Shown: piece after piece, positions 1 to 13,975 of the stretch
Layout of the letters: every line of letters begins with the position of its first letter
Position numbering within the stretch: the stretch's first letter is position 1
Assembly: GCF_006345805.1 (NCBI RefSeq)
Contig: NC_042997.1
Coordinates: 5,208,001 to 5,272,000 of the forward strand
Direction: 5' to 3'
Origin: Octopus sinensis
Lineage: Eukaryota
DNA length: 64,000 bases
The notes under the pieces: model-generated
Database searches by the model: none
What the model was told of the DNA's origin: nothing
The model's input: only the letters and a program-made list of their open reading frames with translations
Translations under genes and position numbers: made by a program

Positions 1-162
1 CACGCGTTGTTTACAAATATTGACAACGAGTACTATTTTCAGGATGCTGACGACAAAATGTGCAATCACGCAAAAAAATGACAGCTTCGAAATATTGTTT
101 CGTAACCGGGTGAAAATGATGAAAATTTAAATCTCTATAACTATTTAAAAATATTTTCTTGT

Positions 163-910
163 GATCTTTTCGGTTTGAACGGCAGTTTTTTAAAATAATT
201 TCTATGTAACTAAACACTTTGAAACTTCGTATACTGGTAGAATGTTTTTATAAAACATGTTTTTCTCTTGGCTTTCTTCAGAAAATTCTGTAGCTTGTAA
301 GACATTTGTAAGATATTTTCTTCAATTTTGGCAATTTCAACCAATCAATGACATCTATTTCGGTGAAAACATTATCTGCCGCAAAATTTTCTGGCGGTGA
401 AATATGAAAATGTCCCTCGTTTAAGAAACAGATTGGCTTTATTTATATTTCTGAAGGAAAAAATATACCCTTCCCCCCCTCCCATAACCCTAACCTAAAC
501 TCTAACCTTAAACGTAACCCTAACCCTAGCCTAACAGATTGAAATACAATAGATCGATACTAGGGTCATAATTATGGGTGGACACTAAAGAGCGAACGGT
601 TTTGTTATCCAGCTCTGTTTATGGCCGCAGAGTATCTTTTTTCTCATAAAAAAACAGGGACATTTTCATATGACGCCGCCATAAAATGTTACGGCAGAAA
701 TCGTTTTCACATAAATAGACTTCATTCAGTGGTTGAAATTGCGGAAATGCAAGAAATGAAAGACCAAATAACTTACAAACTATAGAATTTTTCCAAGAAA
801 GCCAAGAGAAAAAGATGATTTATAAACACATTTTACCAGTATACGAAGTTTAAAATTATTTAGTTACATAGAAATTAGTTTTAAAAACTGCCGTGCAAAC
901 CGAAAAGATC
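163..910. mobile_element. Fold-back/MITE-like element with ~255-bp imperfect inverted arms (163-~420 and ~654-910)
   Basis: GATCTTTTCGGTTTGAACGGCAGTTTT...AAATATGAAAATGTCCCT on the left is the reverse complement of AGGGACATTTTCATAT...AAAAACTGCCGTGCAAACCGAAAAGATC on the right. Non-coding core; no TSD identified. Confidence 0.75.
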
Positions 911-2581
911 CTTTTCCTGGAAAAAGTGAAATAACTCCAGCAATTCAGTTTGGAAAAGTATATTACTGTGCCAAATTTAAAAAAATATTCGGTAAACTTC
1001 CTTTCTTGAAATCTGGCAGCGAAAACAAAATAGATCCGTATTTTTATCCCAGTTATACCAGTCTACGGCATAAAGTAAGATGTGAAAGAAAAAAACTGCG
1101 TTCTTTGTTGTTGGTGCCGTTGGGGCCAAATCTACAGTTACCTTGGGAATGGTACAGATAGGATTTTTCACGTGAGGATAGTAGAGGTTTTTATATATTG
1201 GCAAACTCATTGGTCAGTGGTCCTCTTACAGTAACAGTAGCAGTAGCAGTTGTTGAAGCAGCAGTAAAACTTGGCTTGCAACAGTAGGGCTGGGTGGAAA
1301 CAGGTCAGATAGTGATACCAAACAAGATGATTCCGATGTAGTAGCAGTAGCAGGCTGTTGTTGTTGTGATAGTGAGTCCTGACTTTACACAATAGTGTTA
1401 GGTGGGGGGTAAATTAGTTTATGTAGCGATATCAAGGGGGATTTTGTTAACTACTGGCTAACTATTGTTAACTATTGGCCTTGGGCAAGTTGGTGCACAA
1501 CATTGACAAATATAGTTACTAGCGTTTCAATGTGCGCGTGAAATGATCTTGTGATTTCTTTTATTTTGTTTTTGATCTGTTTTAGAGAACTGTACAAGGA
1601 CAGTGACGATAAATTTTCGGTGATTTACCGTAGACTTTACGCTATCGTTATGGTGAGTATGCCAAGCGTTTATCAGTGCACTGATTTCGTTTTCTGCCTA
1701 GTGATATTTTACATTATTATTGGCCATACTCAGTGGTTAGAACAGCGCTTAACACTGGAGGGGATGTAGTTTTTTTTCATTAACAAAATGAGCCCCCTTT
1801 AATTTTGCTCAGATTGCTTTTAATTTTGGTGTATCAATGCAACTGAGAATTTTGATTACGATCAACAAATTACTTTATCGCATAAATTAAAGAATATTAT
1901 GTTATTTGGAATTAAATTTTGGAAATTTGGGTAATTTTAGCCAAGTAAGTGAGGCATTAACAGCTATTAACATAACAACCGCACATTTTGTTGAGTTTCA
2001 CCCGCATGTATTGATTCTTCACACCACGAATTTTACTTCACCTGAGTGTTTTGTTTTCATAAAAATTTATATTAATCAATTACAGTTTTATTATAGATAT
2101 TTTTCGTCAATTGCCTTCATATTTTACATACTTTTCATAAATAGCAAAAGTTGATACAGATTCTTGGCATTATGAAAGTAAATGGAGTATGTGAACTTGA
2201 TAAAGATAATTTGACATTATTTTGGAATTCTGCATGCAAAAGCATAATATACAGGTATTCTCTTTCTTGAGACAAATTCTTTGTTGACCTGTGTTGTTCT
2301 TATCGCAGTTTACAAATCAAACTATAAAAACGTTACTCAACTTTTGAGTTTTGGAGACACACACATACATAATACATACATGCATACATACATACATACA
2401 TACATATATACATACACACATGCACTTATATATCAATGACGTACGCAAATACCTGGCAGGTATAAATAATACTGAAATACGCATAAAGTAAACATATGCA
2501 GGGAAATATATTAATATAACAGTTTTTAGAAATAAAAACATACAATCAATGAAGAGACAAAAGAAAGGGTAAGATGATACA

Positions 2582-2789
2582 TACTCTTTTTACTCTTTTA
2601 CTTGTTTCAGTCATTTGACTGCGGCCATGCTGGAGCACCGCCTTTAGTCGAGCAAATCGAAGCCCAGTACTTATTCTATCGGTTCTTTTGCCGAACCGCT
2701 TAGTGACGGGGACATAAACACACCAGCATCGGTTGTCAAGCAATGCTAGGGGGACAAACACAGACACACAAACACATACACACACACAC

Positions 2790-2855
<66 letters not shown>

Positions 2856-2990
2856 GACAGGCTTCTTTCAGTTTCCGTCTACCAATTCCACTCACAAGGC
2901 ATTGGTCGGCCCGGGGCTATAGCAGAAGACACTTGCCTAAGATGCCACGCAGTGGGACTGAACCCGGAACCATGTGGTTGGTTAGCAAGG
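2582..2990 (-). mobile_element. tRNA-derived SINE (family A) with internal (TA)/(CA) microsatellite; head slightly truncated
   Basis: Minus strand has a B-box-like GGTTCCGGGTTCAGTCCC, a CORE-like CTTAGGCAAGTG and a (TAAAAGAG)-type tail. Homologous to copies at 16483, 37270 and 56167. Confidence 0.85.
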
Positions 2991-3665
2991 TATTTCTGTT
3001 TATTTAGAAACCTAGAACGAAATTAGGAATTTCTGCTTTTTTAGAAACCGACAATGAACAGGTAAGACACTAAACTTTAAAATTTATCCAAACACATATA
3101 GACAAAAACATTAATATAACAACAAACATATAATAATAATAACATGACTTCTTAAGGTATTTATCTTTATTTAGAAAGCTAGAATGAACAGGTCACACAG
3201 CGTACAATGTTACACAGGGTGCAACCTTAAATTCGACAACGTTCGCTACAATGAAAGTTTAGTACTGGCTAAAAATTGACAGTGTTTCGATTTTTAAACG
3301 TCTGTAACTTTTTCGTCAAATTTTTCTCAATCAATTCTTTGGTTCAAATGAATAAGAAATGAATATGTTGAATATGTCATATTTTCAGATTTTTTACTGA
3401 ATTTTAAAAGTGGGGTGATTTTGTCACTCAAACTAACTAAATCCACACTCTCATCAAAATCTTCTTCCCGGGTGACAATAGTTTATATGTCAGATTGTTA
3501 CACAAGTTCTAGCTGTTTTGTTAAGGGAAATCGGAAAGGAATGAAATGATTTCATCGGCGTTTACTTGTACCAAAGTGTACGTGTCACGTGGTGGAAATA
3601 AACGAAATTACCAAACTTGTATTCATTTCGGTTCTTTGCATTTCAATCTGTACATTTGTACTACC

Positions 3666-3899
3666 TATTTCTTTACTACCCACTAGGGGCTAGACACAGA
3701 GAGGACAAACAAGGACAGACAAACGGATTAAGTCGATTATTTCGACCCCAGTGCGTAACTGGTACTTAATTTATCGACCCCGAAAGGATGAAAGGCAAAG
3801 TCGACCTCGGCGGAATTTGAACTCAGAACATAACTGCAGACGAAATACTGCTAAGCATTTCGTCCGTCGTGCTAACGTTTCTGCCAGCTCGCCGCCTTA
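3666..3899 (-). mobile_element. Complete tRNA-derived SINE (family B) with 16-bp target-site duplication
   Basis: Head TAAGGCGGCGAGCTGGCAGAAACGTTAGC...GAGTTCAAATTCC; conserved central GCCTTTCATCCTTTCGGGGTCGATAAATTAAGTACCAG. Identical flanks GTACATTTGTACTACC at 3650-3665 and 3900-3915. Confidence 0.9.
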
Positions 3900-4411
3900 G
3901 TACATTTGTACTACCGATTGCGTACAAATGCATACGTAAAAAACCGTCCTTTATTTTTTAATCGTCATCTGCTGATATCAAAATAAAAATATTTTGTAGC
4001 GGGGACCATTTGTAACTCCAAGGGTCAAAATGGGGCGTTTGGCGAAAATGAGTTGAGAACCTTTGCTGTACAATATACTAAATCAGATCTGCAAGTATAG
4101 ATATATGCCTTTCTGACATACCCTCCCTTCCCATCATTGGAACAATGCATAGAACTGTTTGTAATTGCTAACTTGGTTTGGTTTTTGTTGGACTTTGCCT
4201 CCTCTAATATTTCAGTCTTGATTACTGCCCTGGATTATATCTCTAGTCCTTGGGTTAATGAAGAAACGCACTTTGTATTAAATATACGGTCCACAATTAT
4301 CCTTCAGATCACGCGAGATGCAGGTTCGGAGAGAGGTGAATTATGAAAAATAACAACAGATCTGTTCTTGTATGTGTGTGTGTGTGCGTGTGTGTGTGTG
4401 TTCGTGTGTGC

Positions 4412-4459
<48 letters not shown>

Positions 4460-4629
4460 TGTATGAGTGTGTGTGTGTGTGTGTGGAGAGTTGGAGACTC
4501 TTTGAAATTGTTTATTCACTACAACTTTTAACCGCCTAGTGTCTGCAGTTAGTCAGCTGTCTTCTTGAAACAGTTGTGCGCTGTCATATATTCCACCAGG
4601 GCAGATTCTTTCGCAAACTTGTAGCAGGC

Positions 4630-4749
4630 TCATAAGGGCACTCTTTTTTCGGGGAATAATGTCCTTGAATGTAATCGCTCACTTCTGAGAGACAAGTTTA
4701 ATGCATATCGTTCGCATTGTTGACATGAATCCTCAAAGTTCTTAGAATT
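4630..4749 (-). CDS. Candidate terminal coding exon of unidentified host gene (NSKNFEDSCQQCERYALNLSLRSERLHSRTLFPEKRVPL*)
   Basis: Acceptor TAATTTCACTACAG, phase-0 open frame of 39 codons to TGA, and AATAAA on the minus strand at 4516-4511. No homology recognised. Confidence 0.35.
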   Translation of the reverse strand, partial: NSKNFEDSCQQCERYALNLSLRSERLHSRTLFPEKRVPL

Positions 4750-6518
4750 CTGTAGTGAAATTACAGGTCATATGATATAGCATTTTACGTCATGGAGTAT
4801 GGGGTAAATTATTGTCTTGTTTGCTTCTCCTAATAGACAGATTTTGCTTTTTCTTAACTTTCTTTCTTGTATTTTATTTTCAGTGTTTGTTTCTTCAATA
4901 TAATACGAAAGAGTTTTAGGTTTTTTAAGTGCGTTATATGCTTGTGGAATTTCTTGGGTATATTTGCATGTATACATGTGAGTACATTTTTATGATGAAG
5001 CAGGTGGTTAATAGACTGAAGCCAGATTCAAAATATTTCATTTGCTATCATATTTCAAATGATGTTTTTTTATTTATATGTTTTCACTAGATGCTTGCTA
5101 AAATCTCCATTTTATATTTCTCAGCGCAGTTAAATGAGATTTGTTGAATCTATCTACGTAGGGGTTAATAATTTTGGAATATGAATATAAAGTATTCAAA
5201 TTTTTACTGAAAGAAATTATTTGAAATTATGTTTTCTAGTAATATGAAACGGTAACACAACGCAATGGAATTTAAGACAAGAATTTTACTTCTCTCAAAG
5301 CTGAATTTCGTTGGTTAAACGCCTTGGAGTGTAAATAGTAATATAATATGGGTGCGTTCATTGCAAGCATGTGCATGGAATGCATTTGATTTTTATAGCT
5401 GTAGTGACTTTTAGGGATAATGAGAAGACAAATTTTGGAATATATTCTCCCGAGAACAAAAAATGATATAAACGTATTATCGAAATTTGTACTAAACTTG
5501 ATTTGTATTTCATAACCAGTAACGCTACTAAATAGAATAGAAACAAAGCCACAATACGAGGAGCAGACTGGATGCCTATATTAAACAAAGAGCTTGAAAA
5601 CTGTAGACGTATAACTGTACATATAAGATATCCAATATACATGTATGTATGTATGTATGTATGTATGTATGTATGTGTGTATGTATGTATGTATGTATGT
5701 ATGTATGTATGTTAGTATGTATGTATGTATGTATATATGTACGTATGTATGGATGCAGATATGTATGCGTATATATATTTATATGTATGTATGTATGTAT
5801 GTATATATGATTTGTGTATGTGTGAACATGTGATGCGTTATACAAGATACGATATCAATCATTACGCTATATATAGGTTATTCTGTTTTCTAGTCTGTGC
5901 ACTAACTACAACTGACTTGAGTAATGTATGCCTAAGAGTCTGCTTGTGTGTGTGTCAGTGTATACATTTTGGGATGTTTATTATAATACCCAGAATTAAT
6001 AGAACATTAAACATTTTCATTATCTGTAGTATTGTGTCAATTCAATCTTGCATTGAACTTAAGCGTTCATTCAATTGTCGCGCTGGCAAATTAATTTACT
6101 CAGAATCCGTTTATTATTGTGGAATTCATAATTGGTTGCAATAGAAAAAGCTGGCTGTATGACTTGCACCAGATGTAGTAATATAAGATTTCTTATCATT
6201 TGCATTTCTGTTGATACAGTGAACGCTAGTGGAAACAAGAAAATCTTGATAAAATAATTCTGATGTATACATTAAATTATACTTAAAAACAGGTAACGTG
6301 AAACTTCCATGTTCCCGAATATCACTTCAGTTTAACTCGTCCTCTCTAACAGGCGTGGTATACATATATTCATACTTATACATATACGTACATATACAGA
6401 CACACACAAACACACACATATATACACATATGCATATATACACACACACATGGACACACAGATTGTATATGTAAACATTTATGCATTTACATAGATATTG
6501 ATATGGATGTATCCACAT

Positions 6519-6562
<44 letters not shown>

Positions 6563-6651
6563 GTGTGTGTGTGTTTGTATATATACGTATATATATATAT
6601 GTATATACATGCACACATTCATACGCACACACACTTCCGCACTCCTATATA

Positions 6652-6694
<43 letters not shown>

Positions 6695-6741
6695 ATATAT
6701 ATATGTATGTGTGTGTGTTTGTATACATATGTATATGTATG

Positions 6742-6840
<99 letters not shown>

Positions 6841-7293
6841 TGTGTTTGTGTATGTATATATATACGTTCACACATACATACGCACACACATGCGCAAACA
6901 CTTACACACACACACAAACACACACGCACATATATGCATTCATATCAAATATGCGTAAGTGTGTCTTTGTGTGTTTGACCTGATGAATGAAAATTATGTT
7001 ATATGCAAGGTCCACACAACCTGATTTGAAAGATTAATAGTTTTCAATGACATATTTTACCGTGAATTTCTTGCTTTCTAAGATTTCACAATCTTAAAGT
7101 GAAATATTAAATCGATACATTAGTACATCTGGTGCAACTCATACGGACACTTTGATATTGCAACCAATTATAATTTCCACGCTAAATAAATGGATTTTTG
7201 GAAAATTAGATTTCCTAGGCGAAAATTGAGTGAAAACTTATGTCAAATACAGGATGGAAATGTCGCGAAGCTACATATAATGAAATTACTTAC

Positions 7294-7351
7294 ACATCTC
7301 TTAATTCTTTCTAGGCATTGCATTAAAGACACAAAAAGAAGATCTCTCTCC
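7294..7351 (-). CDS. Candidate 58-nt internal exon (ERDLLFVSLMQCLERIKRC), phase 2 to 0
   Basis: Acceptor ATCTAACAG (moderate) and donor TGT|GTAAGT (strong). Only one frame is open, and it is phase-compatible with the 48871-48970 and 4630-4749 exons. Confidence 0.33.
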
Positions 7352-7505
7352 CTGTTAGATATACACTTACACGCGTATATACAGTCATATATAAGTTTTC
7401 TATACATATATTTATATATATATGATTGTATAATATGTTTATATACCTATATACCTAGATATATATTTTAATATTAATACACACACACATATATCTGAAC
7501 GTGTG

Positions 7506-7584
<79 letters not shown>

Positions 7585-7587
7585 CTA

Positions 7588-7624
<37 letters not shown>

Positions 7625-9352
7625 GTATGAATGTATAAACATGTGTACATATACATCTATACACCGCGCTCTCAATCTGTGTTAATGTATGTGCATATGT
7701 ATGCCAATCTTTCACTGTAATAAAGAAATTGAGCATTCACTACTCCCGTTCTCTCTATCTATCTCTCAGAAATCATAAATCTATTATTTTTTGCGTGTAT
7801 GTATGTATATACTTTTTTGTATTTCAAGACCACGTGTGCAAAACTATAATCCTTTCAACAAAAAATGGTTCTGGGAATTGTGCTCAAAAATAATACATCG
7901 GTTGAGTTGTATACTATAATGATATTTATGAAATATGATGTATTCGTTTTTCGTGTTGTGTTCCTTTAGCGTAGTAATTTTAATTTACGTAGGAATCTTT
8001 TGTATTTTTTCTCTCAATAATTTGTTTTGATTAATGTATTTTTACGCGGAGATATTTAAGTATTGACCTTCCTTCATATCTCCCTTCACATTGATACCTA
8101 TGTGGCAACCATATTGCGTACTCTGTGGTTTTGAGTTTTGTACGAAATATTTATTTAAATCCAAGAGGCTTAGCTTACGTGACTCATTCATATTCCTGGT
8201 TCTTAACACTCTGATATGCTATATATTCTATTGTGAACCGATAAACAAACTTGAAATCGATATGTATATGATGTGGATTTAAAATGGTTAAACTACGAGT
8301 TTGAGATGAGCGTCCATCGGTGTCTTAAGAAAAGCTAATATTTTTTCTCTGCTTCTAAGATCAATTTTGCTCAACAAATATGGCAAATAGAAAAATCGCG
8401 AAATTGTTTAAATAGGTTTCCTTAATTCTATTGCGTCTAACGGAAACTATGGCAGCAAGTTTCGACACAACACCATTCTGATTTGAACATATAATTTTAT
8501 TTATGATAGATATATGTGTAATCGAATGCATTGTTATTGCTTATGCATACTTAATTCCAGACAACCCTGATATATCTGATCTTTATTACGTGGAATGCAA
8601 ACCCTGTATTTTAAGGGAGAATAATGTATAATCATGATGCAACACCTTGTCATTAATGAATTTACTTCGTAAGTAATGTTATGCAGTATAGTTCGGGAAA
8701 ATACGTTTTCTAGAAATACTTTTACTACTTCTTAGTATTTTGCGTAATATTCAAGTTCAATATGGAATTTAACAGATATATTCTCACTGTTAGATACAAG
8801 GGATACGATTTCATATGAAGCTGAAGTGATCGTCCTCTATAAACTTGCTTAATGCCAATGATTTCAAGCACATACATTTGTCGAAACATATATCTAAATG
8901 AATATAGAAGTACTGCGTATCCTTTAAGCTACAAAGCATTCATACCAGAAACGAATGTCATAAGAGGAATGTGCAAGAAAATAATTTATTCGTTTTCCTT
9001 GGTGAACGACAGAAAAGCTATCAGTTTTCAGGTGTCTCCTTTTCAATGTACAAGTGTTTCATGTATGAAAAAGTGTCAACAATTTTACAGTTAAAGTGTG
9101 TGAAATATTGGTAAGTTCATAGAGATGTCATCCATTTCTACAATTTTGAAAGAATTAGACATTACAAATTTGTACGCTCTCTTGTTCTGTGAATTGCATT
9201 TTACTATTCATAAACGTTGATGTAAGCCACATATCTCCCAATATGCATGCTCTCTGATAATTACACCACATTTTATACGTTATATGTTCAAATGTTAGTC
9301 TTACCCGCATGAATAGTTCAGCATTTTACAGTTTTCAATTTTTGTTCTATGA

Positions 9353-9495
9353 TTCTTCTTCTTCTTCTTCTTCTTCTTCTTCTTCTTCTTCTTCTTCTTC
9401 TTCTTCTTCTTCTTCTTCTTCTTCTTCTTCTTCTTCTTCTTCTTCTTCTTCTTCTTCTTCTTCTTCTTCTTCTTCTTCCTCTTCCTCTTCCTCTT
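9353..9495. repeat. (CTT)n microsatellite, representative of many (TA)n, (CA)n, (TATG)n, (TAC)n and (ATT)n tracts across the window
   Basis: Directly visible tandem trinucleotide. Confidence 0.98.
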
Positions 9496-9627
9496 TACTA
9501 TATGCGTGCGCGTGCGAACGTGTGTATATAGTTTGAGTCACTCCGTTACTTCTACTACATATATATGTATACATATGTATGCATATATATATATATATAT
9601 ATATATACATACATACATACATACATA

Positions 9628-9685
<58 letters not shown>

Positions 9686-10168
9686 AAACTTACTTGGAAA
9701 TGGATGCATGTCATGTACAAACACACCAATATATATATTGTATTTCGAGATGATCGTATTTTTTGCTTAATAAACACACGCTGTATATATACGGTCTTCA
9801 TTACTACTGTCGAATTCTAACTCATGCCATTTGCCCGGAAATCTTCCGTCACACACCTTGAATTCCTCAGCGACACATTCTGTCTTCGTGTGTTCTCTTG
9901 CTCTGCTTATTTCCTCTCAGGTCGCAGATGTGTGGCGAAAGATTTCCGGACAATGGATATGAATTAATATAAGAACAGTAATGAACGAGAGGTGAGCATA
10001 TAATGCGTGTGTTTATTAGGCAAAAAAAAATAAATAATAATAAATAAATAAAATGACTGTCCCGAAATGCAACAGTATCTGTTTCAACACACGACTTCAC
10101 ATCAGGGTTCTTGCAGCACTATTTGTGTGTGTGTGTGTATGTGTGTGTGTGTTGTGTGTGTGTGTGTG

Positions 10169-10201
<33 letters not shown>

Positions 10202-11226
10202 TGTGTGTGCGTGCGTGCGCTCGCGCACGCATAAGCGAAAAAAGCTACTTCTGAAATCTCTTCAAGAGGTAATATGCATGAATATATTTAAACATCTAAA
10301 TGTGTAATTGTGTATTTTTTTTTCGTTTTCTTTGTATTATGATAACAAAGCTTTTGTTAATATCTTTCCCTTATTTAATAATCCTACCCGTTTCATAGCC
10401 TTTATTTCTGTTCCTTTAACCGAAAATTGGCTCGCATATAAGCATATATGCTTACAAGTAGTCATACACTGGCACACACACGCCACGCTCGTTTAACCAA
10501 ATTCAGTCACCATTCTATGCTATCACTTATATCCAAGATCCTCAAGATTTTAGAAGCAGCTTTGTTGTTCCGTATATGAAATATTTGTCAGGTGTACGAA
10601 TGACGGATAATATCATCTATATGAAAAACCAATGAAAACACGTTCATACAGTGGATTAGGTGCCTAACTGACATTAATACTAGCACAAACCCCACACCAC
10701 AGCCTGATAACAGAATAAGATCCTCATAACGTAATAATAATATGAAAGCAATACGATAGATAAATAAATGAAATTAAATCATTAAATACATGAGCAAAAG
10801 ACAATAAATTAATACAAAAATAGAAAATGTAGATTAAAACAAATAAATAAAATGAATATAATATGATAAAATAAACGGGAAAAACAGGGGATGCTGATAA
10901 TACAGGTACCAGTCGCATTGCCACAAACACCAAACATAGATACACACTGGGGTATACGCATGTGCAAATAAAGATATACAGCAGGAGAGACTCAAAAACG
11001 AAAGAAGAAAGCAAAGGTCCTCTGATGACGACACAGAGTTGTGACAAATGAACTCTGACCGGAATACAATTAATATGAAATAAAATTGAAGCAAGCGAAC
11101 ACCGAATAAATAGTGCGCGTGTTTTCAATGGCTAAATCCTCAAATACAACAATTTCTGTTTCAACACACGAGATCACATCAAGAATCTCTTTTGAATTAT
11201 CATTTTCAATATTTGCGTGTGTTATT

Positions 11227-12790
11227 CTAAGGTCGTGGTCGATATATATTTTGTTGTAGATGCGTTGAAAAGTGGTCTGTATTTTGTGATAAAGAAAGAT
11301 TCTTTACTAATTCGTTGGATACAGGTTGTATCATGCCTGAATTGATAGAGGGAAAAAATACTGAAGCATGAATTTTTATTATTGGTTCAATGTGTTGGCT
11401 GAATGCTATTTTTCTGCTTTTTAAAAAATTTTTGATCTGGGATCTGTGCAGAGCCATCCTTTGACGTAGACTGTTCTTGTTTGTCCTATGTATTGCTCTT
11501 GACAACAAGAGCAGGCTAGTGCGTATATAAGATTCTCGAAGCACATGTAAAGCTGCTATTCACTGTGTCCTGTTTGAAAGAGATCTCTGATCACACAATT
11601 AAATTGACGCATATCCCACAGTTGGGCCTTCCGCATTTATTACTGACGGCTTCAGTGAGTGTATTCGTGCTTGTGTTAGGAGACATTTCATAGACTGGGC
11701 TGTCTCTAGCTTTTAATGATGGTGTGTGTTTGGAGGATAATCTTCCTTCTGTAGTCCGTTTTAGCAGAGGAATAATTTGAAGGATGGTGACGGAGGCTTC
11801 ATTGTTAAGAGGGTTGTGTGTGGAGATGTATAGTAGGGATTTGGTTGTGAATCTTTTAATCTGGTGTGTCTGAGTTGTAGGGCACGTTGGAAGCATATGT
11901 CAATTAGTGAAGTTGAGTGTATCCTTTAATTCATGTTGCCGTGTGTCCCTGTTGCTTGCATTAGAAACTTGGTGTGTCTGAGGTTGCATGAGTTGAACAG
12001 TAGAGTCCGTGGGCTTGTAGTATGTATGTTTCTATTACGTTGTTATATTTCTTAACGAGGATGTCGAGGAAGGGAAGTTATTGATAACTATATTCCATCG
12101 TGAAGTGAATGTTTACGTCAAGTCTATTTATAATTGCTTGAAATTCTTTAAGGGTATACTTTCATGCCAAAGAATGAAACGGTCATCCATGTATCTCTTC
12201 CAGTTATTTTCTAGAGGGAGAATGGGCTGCCGTATTGTTCTAGAGCCATACGATAATGACTAGGTTAGCAAAGGAGGGTGCCATTATTGTACCCATCGCA
12301 GTGCTGGATTTAGCTATTCTTCAAGATGAATTTTAGCACTTTTTAACACGAATTCTTATTAGATGTGATGTGGAGGTTCGTTGGCGTAATACTCTAGACA
12401 GAATTGTATTGCCTCTATATGGGAATAGAGGTTGACTACATCGAAGTATACAAGTAGGATATTTTTGTTTATTGTTTCAGGAAGGTGATTGAACATATCC
12501 AGGTCGACCCTTATGTAGCTTTTGTATGCTTGAGGATGATTTTAAGATGGTAACTAAAAGGTACTGAGGCGGTGGGTTTCGCATGTAGGACCTGCTATTA
12601 TAGGTATCAATTTGAGGTCATTGGGTGTAGGGTCTTTGATTATTATGTATGTGGCTATCCTGCATGCGTTACTTATTTACTCAATTTTGTGTAACTTGGG
12701 GATACCGTAGAATTGACCGGTTTTACTTTTGAAATTGGTCATATAGTCATATTCTTTGTCAGTGAGCCCTTCTCTGTGTAGGTTTAACAT
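11227..12790 (-). mobile_element. Degenerate Penelope-like element: RT followed by GIY-YIG endonuclease
   Basis: Frameshifted minus-strand motifs: FYGIPKLHK, LIPIIAGPTCETHRLS, LVYFDVVNLYS, WKRYMDD, LPFLDILV, then CGRPNCGIC, LIYALACSCCQEQYIGQT and LRQRMALHRSQI. Confidence 0.85.
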
Positions 12791-12871
12791 TTATTTAGGT
12801 CTCTCATTTATTTCTGCTGACTGTAGTGTTGGGCTTTTCATAATATGTTGTGGCTTCTAATATGGGTAGTA

Positions 12872-13291
12872 CTAATATAATAAATGTGTAAACTATTTTC
12901 TGTGTGTCAGTGCGTCACACCTTGAACTCCCCCTGTCACTATTCCATTACACTTCCCCCTGCTGGGCTGAGAGTAATAATAAGCATAGAGACTGTACGGT
13001 AGGTGGCGAAAATAGTGAGAAAGAGAGAGACCGACAAAGAGAGGGAGAAAAGAGTGACAATGAAATTTAGGGAGAGTTGATGATGCTTTATTAAAAGTAG
13101 TCTTGATGACGGTGGCAATGGGAGTAATAATAAGAGACAGAGAAAATGTGGGTATGAAAGAGAAAGAAGGATATGAAGTACAACTTCCTTGGACAGTAAT
13201 TCCTGTGACCAGCATATTGAAACAACTATTGGAAACAGCTGCTTCTAATTGTTGCTTTCCTTAAAACATACATATATCCATCCATCCATAC

Positions 13292-13360
<69 letters not shown>

Positions 13361-13862
13361 AGACATATACAAAAACATTTTAATTGAAATACAGTCTCCC
13401 CGAAATTAAACATCTAATTTAATAAATGCGAAAGCAAATTACTGTGTGTCGGTGTGTCACACTTTGATCCCCAGTCGCTTACTGTTCAATGAGAATTCCT
13501 CCTGCTGGAATGAGAGTAATAGTAGGCATAAAGACGGTGACGGCGGTGGCGAAGACAGAGAGGGAGAGAGAGAGAAGAGAGAGACAGAAAGGAAAACAGG
13601 GAGAGCAAGAGAGACAAAGAAATTTAGGAGAGCTGTTGTTTTATTAAATGTAGTGGTGTTGATGGTGGCAGTGGAAGTAATAATAAGAGAGAGAGAGGGG
13701 ACTATGTGAGAGAAGGTGGGAGATGATGTGCGACTTTCCTGGACAGAAATTCCTGTGGCCAGCATACTGAACAAACTACTGTACGTTATCATTTTTGTTT
13801 TATGCCTTGCTTTTTAATACATTCATACATGTGCATGTGTGTGTCAGTGTACATATATACAT

Positions 13863-13893
<31 letters not shown>

Positions 13894-13975
13894 TATGAAA
13901 TACATTTTAATTGAAATAGAGTTTCACCCATATCTAATATAATAAATGTGAATATCATTGTCAGTGTATCACATA
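12872..13975. repeat. About two diverged ~520-540-bp tandem units plus the start of a third
   Basis: Unit starts CTAAT(A/T)TAATAAATG at 12872, 13414 and 13934. Shared internal blocks include CCTGCTGG..TGAGAGTAATA, TTTATTAAA.GTAGT and TGGACAG.AATTCCTGTG.CCAGCATA.TGAA. Confidence 0.75.

Noticed and set aside
1228-1378. Open minus-strand frame ending at a GTAAGA donor
   Set aside because: Low-complexity CAG/TAG/TTG repeats keep two frames open by chance, and the acceptor is purine-rich.
11021-11060. CTGATGA…hammerhead-like motif, and related CTGAGGA…GGAAG on the minus strand near 9840-9870
   Set aside because: The GAAA core is missing or mutated and stems I and III cannot be formed convincingly.
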